Below, piece by piece: positions 8,087-11,176 of a stretch of 11,176 bases of DNA. The position numbers and the translations under genes are program-made. Location of the stretch: assembly GCA_964615185.1 (NCBI GenBank), contig CAZTOS010000069.1, forward strand, positions 1-11,176, in the 5' to 3' direction. The stretch's first letter is position 1, and each line of letters starts with the position of its first letter. This DNA is from an uncultured Thermococci archaeon (GTDB lineage Archaea; Methanobacteriota_B; Thermococci; Thermococcales; Thermococcaceae). A model generated the notes under the pieces. The model made no database searches. It saw only the letters and a program-made list of their open reading frames with translations, and was not told the DNA's origin.

Positions 8087-8232
8087 CATCTTTTGTGGTA
8101 AGGTTAGTGAGCTACTCCACACTGAAGTGCGGAGCTTCTCCCGTTTCACCCGCCTTTACGGCTAAGGCTTCATACGGGAGTTCGGGAGGCTCACATCTCC
8201 CCCATCCCGACGGACTCGTTATCCGTCGGGCT
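8087..8232 (-). ncRNA. Predicted TnpB omegaRNA (reRNA/sotRNA): scaffold ~8232..8107 plus guide ~8106..8087 (UAACCUUACCACAAAAGAUG)
   Basis: GC-rich stems at 8206-8230, 8184-8201, 8138-8180 and 8115-8134, plus a 6-bp pseudoknot GUGAGC/GCUCAC ending at the transposon end. The exact 5' and 3' ends are inferred. Confidence 0.8.
8107..8138 (-). repeat. IS right end: GAAG-CTCCGCAC-TTCA-GTGTGGAG-TAGC-TCAC
   Basis: 8-bp hairpin (one G-T pair) preceded by the guide tetranucleotide GAAG and followed by the cleavage motif TCAC. Confidence 0.88.
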
Positions 8233-9347
8233 AAATTGATTGCAGAGTTTAAATCTCGATTGTAAACTAAACTACACTTAGGACATCTAAACTCCCTACC
8301 TTCAACCTTTCGGGCAACATGCCCACATCTCTGACAAGTCTTGGAAGATTTAGCGGGATTAACATACACGACTGGAATACCCTCTAAATTTGCTTTGTAT
8401 TCGATATATTTTTGAATTTTCCTAAAGCTCCAAGCATGCAACCTTCTGTTTAGCTTAGCCGAGCCGTTCATATTTTCCCTAATGTTTTTCAGCTTCTCCA
8501 TGATTATTACAGGTTTTGGAAACTGTTTAGCGTATTCGACAACTTCTTTCGCAATTGTATGGAGTATTTGATTGACAATTTTCCCTTCTTTACTTCCAAT
8601 TCTCTTAACCAAATCTATTCTCTTTTTTCTCTGCAAATTTCTTCGGATATGAGCATATTTTCCTCGGATATATCTAATTCTTGCTCCGCCCCAGAACTGA
8701 CTCCTCATCGGCTTTGATGGATTGTGCTTAGAAATAGCAACCGCAACAGCTACATTCCATTCCCCTAAATTCACTCCAATGAAAGTTTCTGGCTCGTCGA
8801 TTAGTTCGACATCTTTCTTAAGCACGAAATGGACATACCACTCTCCGTTCTTCTTTACCATTTCAACCGTGCAGAACTTCCATTTTCCTTGCAAAGCTTC
8901 TTCGATGATTTTCTGCTGCCTCTTTCCAAACTTGATTGGCAACGAAATCCTTGTTCTTCTGTTTAAGCTAAGAGTGAGCCAATACGGAGTCAGGATGTTG
9001 GTTGTCTTTGCAAAAGAGTAACATCTCTTATCAAATCTAATTGAAATTCTTTTTAGCGTTGGTTTTTCAGACTTAACTTTACCATTCTTTTTCCTTTCGT
9101 TGAAGCTCTTTAGGATTTCTACTGCTTTGTCTCTCGCTGTTTGAATTAAGGCTGTGTTGAGATTAAATAACTGCTTCGCTTTTTCATAGCCATTCTTATG
9201 CAGAAAAGTCTTTGACGTTGAGTTAAAGTTCAGGAAGAATTCAACTGTTCTGAAATACTCCTTTAAACATTTATTCAAAGCTAAAATCTTCCCTTTATTG
9301 GCATTCCAAACTTTCCCAACTATTGTAATCTGAACTTCCTTCCTCAT
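8112..9347 (-). CDS. tnpB: TnpB (RNA-guided RuvC nuclease family) with a RuvC-I Asp->Asn substitution; predicted nuclease-dead
   Basis: RuvC-I FIGVNLG, RuvC-II VIIMEKL, WSF motif, SSKTCQRC...CPKC Zn finger and RuvC-III NRDLNSAINL. The start is either ATG 9356 or ATG 9347; 9347 has AGGGATG upstream. Confidence 0.93.
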   Translation of the reverse strand: MRKEVQITIVGKVWNANKGKILALNKCLKEYFRTVEFFLNFNSTSKTFLHKNGYEKAKQLFNLNTALIQTARDKAVEILKSFNERKKNGKVKSEKPTLKRISIRFDKRCYSFAKTTNILTPYWLTLSLNRRTRISLPIKFGKRQQKIIEEALQGKWKFCTVEMVKKNGEWYVHFVLKKDVELIDEPETFIGVNLGEWNVAVAVAISKHNPSKPMRSQFWGGARIRYIRGKYAHIRRNLQRKKRIDLVKRIGSKEGKIVNQILHTIAKEVVEYAKQFPKPVIIMEKLKNIRENMNGSAKLNRRLHAWSFRKIQKYIEYKANLEGIPVVYVNPAKSSKTCQRCGHVARKVEGREFRCPKCSLVYNRDLNSAINLARRITSPSGWGRCEPPELPYEALAVKAGETGEAPHFSVE

Positions 9348-9385
9348 GGGAAACATCCCTATTAAGGTTCAATTGGGTTTGGAGC

Positions 9386-9400
9386 ATTTAAACCTTCCTC
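9386..9400 (-). promoter_or_regulatory. Putative tnpB promoter inside the element (GAGGAAGG-TTTAAAT)
   Basis: A purine-rich BRE plus TTTAAAT, 30-40 nt upstream of the tnpB start. Confidence 0.6.
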
Positions 9401-9416
9401 ATCCTCCCCTCATCAT

Positions 9417-9464
9417 CTTGCGTATTCCTGCTTTAAAAAGCGAGATTTTGCAAGCAACAGTTTT
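9417..9464 (-). repeat. IS left end: AAAACTGTTGCTTGC-AAAA-TCTCGCTT-TTTA-AAGCAGGA-ATAC-GCAAG
   Basis: 8-bp imperfect stem with a 4-nt loop (9426-9445), mirroring the right-end geometry; AAAA lies at +16..+19 from TTAT; extra outer stem CTTGC/GCAAG. Confidence 0.72.
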
Positions 9465-9468
9465 ATAA
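9454..9468 (+). promoter_or_regulatory. Putative hybrid aIF2-gamma promoter (GCAACAG-TTTT|ATAA) spanning the IS/host junction
   Basis: TTTTATAA at 9461-9468, 35 nt upstream of ATG 9504, the same spacing as other promoters in this window. Confidence 0.65.
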
Positions 9469-9503
9469 GGGATTCTCCCATTTTATTTTTGGAGGCGAGA
9501 GCC

Positions 9504-10736
9504 ATGGCAAAGAAGAAGTTTAAACAATCTGAGGTTAATATAGGAATGGTTGGTCACGTTGATCACGGTAAAACGACACTAACTAAGGCTTTAACTGGAA
9601 TTTGGACAGATACGCACAGTGAGGAGTTAAGGAGAGGCATCACAATTAAGATAGGCTTTGCTGATGCTGAAATTAGGAAATGTCCAAGCTGTGGGAAGTA
9701 TTCAACTTCTCCACTCTGTCCATACTGTGGAGCCGAGACAGAATTTGAGAGAAGGGTTTCATTCATTGACTCCCCAGGTCACGAGGCTTTGATGACAACC
9801 ATGTTGGCGGGAGCTTCACTGATGGATGGAGCGATTCTCGTAATTGCCGCAAATGAGCCTTGTCCAAGACCACAGACAAGAGAGCATTTGATGGCTCTCC
9901 AAATTATAGGCAATAGGAACATAATAATCGCCCAGAACAAGATTGAGCTTGTTGATAAAGAGAAGGTCCTTGAGAACTACAGGCAGATTAAAGAGTTTAT
10001 TAAAGGAACAGTTGCTGAAAATGCTCCAATAATCCCAATTTCAGCTCTGCATGGAGCAAATATTGATGTTCTCATAAAGGCAATTGAAGATTTCATACCA
10101 ACTCCAGAGAGAGACCCTAACAAGCCTCCAAAGATGCTTGTTTTGAGAAGCTTTGATGTCAACAAGCCAGGAACTCCTCCAGAAAAGCTTGTTGGCGGTG
10201 TTATTGGAGGCTCAATAATCCAAGGAAAGCTCAAAGTTGGGGACGAAATTGAAATAAGACCTGGTGTGCCTTATGAAGAGCATGGAAGGATAAAATATGA
10301 GCCAATAACAACTGAGATTGTCTCTCTCCAGGCTGGAGGAAGGTTTGTTGAGGAAGCTTATCCTGGTGGATTAGTAGGAGTAGGGACAAAACTTGACCCA
10401 TTCTTAACTAAAGGTGACCTGATGGCAGGAAATGTCGTTGGAAAGCCTGGAAAATTGCCTCCAGTATGGGAGGAGCTTCGCTTAGAAGTTCACCTCTTAG
10501 AGAGAGTCGTGGGCACGGAGCAAGAGCTTAAAGTTGAGCCGATAAAGAAGCGGGAGGTTCTCCTCCTAAACGTTGGAACAGCGAGAACCATGGGTCTCGT
10601 CACTGGGCTTGGAAAAGATGAGATTGAGCTTAAACTCCAGATTCCAGTGTGTGCAGAAGTAGGAGAAAGAGTTGCAATAAGCAGACAGGTCGGCTCAAGA
10701 TGGCGTTTGATTGGTTATGGATTCATTAGAGGTTGA
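9504..10736 (+). CDS. eif2g: Translation initiation factor 2 subunit gamma (aIF2-gamma)
   Basis: [17 protein letters not shown], Zn ribbon CPSC..CPYC, DSPGHE, QNKIE and [11 protein letters not shown] 9504 follows GGAGG (the track's TTG 9489 start overlaps the RBS). Confidence 0.97.
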   Translation: MAKKKFKQSEVNIGMVGHVDHGKTTLTKALTGIWTDTHSEELRRGITIKIGFADAEIRKCPSCGKYSTSPLCPYCGAETEFERRVSFIDSPGHEALMTTMLAGASLMDGAILVIAANEPCPRPQTREHLMALQIIGNRNIIIAQNKIELVDKEKVLENYRQIKEFIKGTVAENAPIIPISALHGANIDVLIKAIEDFIPTPERDPNKPPKMLVLRSFDVNKPGTPPEKLVGGVIGGSIIQGKLKVGDEIEIRPGVPYEEHGRIKYEPITTEIVSLQAGGRFVEEAYPGGLVGVGTKLDPFLTKGDLMAGNVVGKPGKLPPVWEELRLEVHLLERVVGTEQELKVEPIKKREVLLLNVGTARTMGLVTGLGKDEIELKLQIPVCAEVGERVAISRQVGSRWRLIGYGFIRG

Positions 10737-10766
10737 CTTTTCTATTTTTAATTTGCGGTGAGCTTA

Positions 10767-11176
10767 ATGAGAAAAGTATGGCTTGTCATTCCTGACACAA
10801 ATTTTCTTCTAATTCCTGGTCAGTTTGGAGTTGATATAATCGGGGAGCTTAATCGAATTCTTGATGTTAAGTTTGAGATTGTTGTTCCTAATATTGTTCT
10901 TGATGAGCTCAACATTATAGAGCGAAAAGCCAAAGGGAGAGACCTTATGGCCGTTAGAATGGCAAAAAAGCTTACTGAGAGGTTCAAGGTTATTGAAGTT
11001 GGAAAATTTGGGGAAAAAGCGACTGATGAACAGATTTATGAGTTTGCTGTGAGAACGCCTAATGTTATCATTTGTACAAATGATAAGCTCCTTAAAAAGA
11101 AGCTCAGGGAGAAAGGAATTCCCGTTGTCTATCTCAGGCAGAAGAAGATTCTTGAGCTTGAAGGTATGCTGGAATA
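10767..11176 (+). CDS. PIN-domain ribonuclease (archaeal Fcf1/Utp24-like), cut off at or near its stop codon by the window edge
   Basis: Manual translation MRKVWLVIPDTNFLL...VLDEL...TDEQI...CTNDKLLKKKLREKGIPVVYLRQKK..EGMLE; GGTGA RBS; usual position after aIF2-gamma. The window ends with an in-frame 'TA'. Confidence 0.9.
   Translation, partial: MRKVWLVIPDTNFLLIPGQFGVDIIGELNRILDVKFEIVVPNIVLDELNIIERKAKGRDLMAVRMAKKLTERFKVIEVGKFGEKATDEQIYEFAVRTPNVIICTNDKLLKKKLREKGIPVVYLRQKKILELEGMLE

Larger units (their letters stand above)
8107..9464 (-). mobile_element. Non-autonomous IS200/IS605-family element (IS1341-type, tnpB only), ~1358 bp
   Basis: tnpB is flanked by a right end (GAAG, 8-bp hairpin, TAGC-TCAC) and a left end (TTAT|15 nt, AAAA, 8-bp imperfect hairpin). 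No tnpA, terminal inverted repeats or target duplication. It interrupts the rps6e/aIF2-gamma neighbourhood. Confidence 0.88.

Noticed and set aside
7905..8265. ORFs 7905..8165 (+), 7940..8149 (-) and 8083..8265 (+) as possible tnpA remnants or small genes
   Set aside because: No HUH/Y1 or serine-recombinase motifs; they overlap rps6e and the GC-rich omegaRNA, which explains the lack of stop codons.
9074..9084. 10/11 match (TAACTTTACCA) to the guide seed inside tnpB, suggesting self-targeting
   Set aside because: The mismatch falls in the seed, the 5' flank is GACT rather than TTAT, and the match does not extend; consistent with chance.
9395..9416. Box C-like ATGATGA on the minus strand suggesting a C/D sRNA
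   Set aside because: No CTGA D'/D boxes or C' box at the required spacing; it lies in the purine-rich IS leader.
8054..9503. TnpB as a Cas12f/Cas14 effector with a CRISPR array
   Set aside because: No direct repeats with spacers and no cas genes; the flanks are IS200/IS605 ends and a single guide.
21..10234. Other short ORFs in the track antisense to real genes (e.g. 21..272, 3622..3951, 6151..6558, 8722..9021, 9977..10234)
   Set aside because: Shadow ORFs opposite well-supported genes, with no recognisable motifs.
10767..11176. PIN protein as the VapC toxin of a toxin-antitoxin pair
   Set aside because: No antitoxin upstream; its position after aIF2-gamma is the conserved housekeeping Fcf1/Utp24-like context.

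Overview
This is a core-genome region of a Thermococcales archaeon (Thermococcus-like, judged from gene order, protein sequences and GGTGA/GGAGG ribosome-binding sites). Gene order: scpB, the heterotrimeric RPA operon (RPA41-RPA14-RPA32), a hypothetical protein coupled to DGGGP synthase, Clp1 kinase, an Lrp/AsnC regulator, engB, a PRC-barrel/coiled-coil protein, Sec61beta (missed by the ORF track), rps6e, aIF2-gamma and a PIN-domain gene running off the end. The only accessory element is a ~1358-bp tnpB-only IS200/IS605 (IS1341-type) element on the minus strand (8107..9464) between rps6e and aIF2-gamma. It stands out for three reasons. (1) TnpB has Asn in place of the RuvC-I catalytic Asp (IGVNLG), while its ORF, Zn finger, promoter and pseudoknotted omegaRNA scaffold look intact. 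(2) Both ends follow the IS608-type guide/cleavage code, which places the target at TTAT, inside the aIF2-gamma TATA box; the element's left end rebuilds that TATA box. (3) The predicted TAM plus guide therefore match the TATA/BRE of the element-free aIF2-gamma promoter, making this a candidate nuclease-dead RNA-guided promoter-binding system. The functional claims are inferences; no searches were run.
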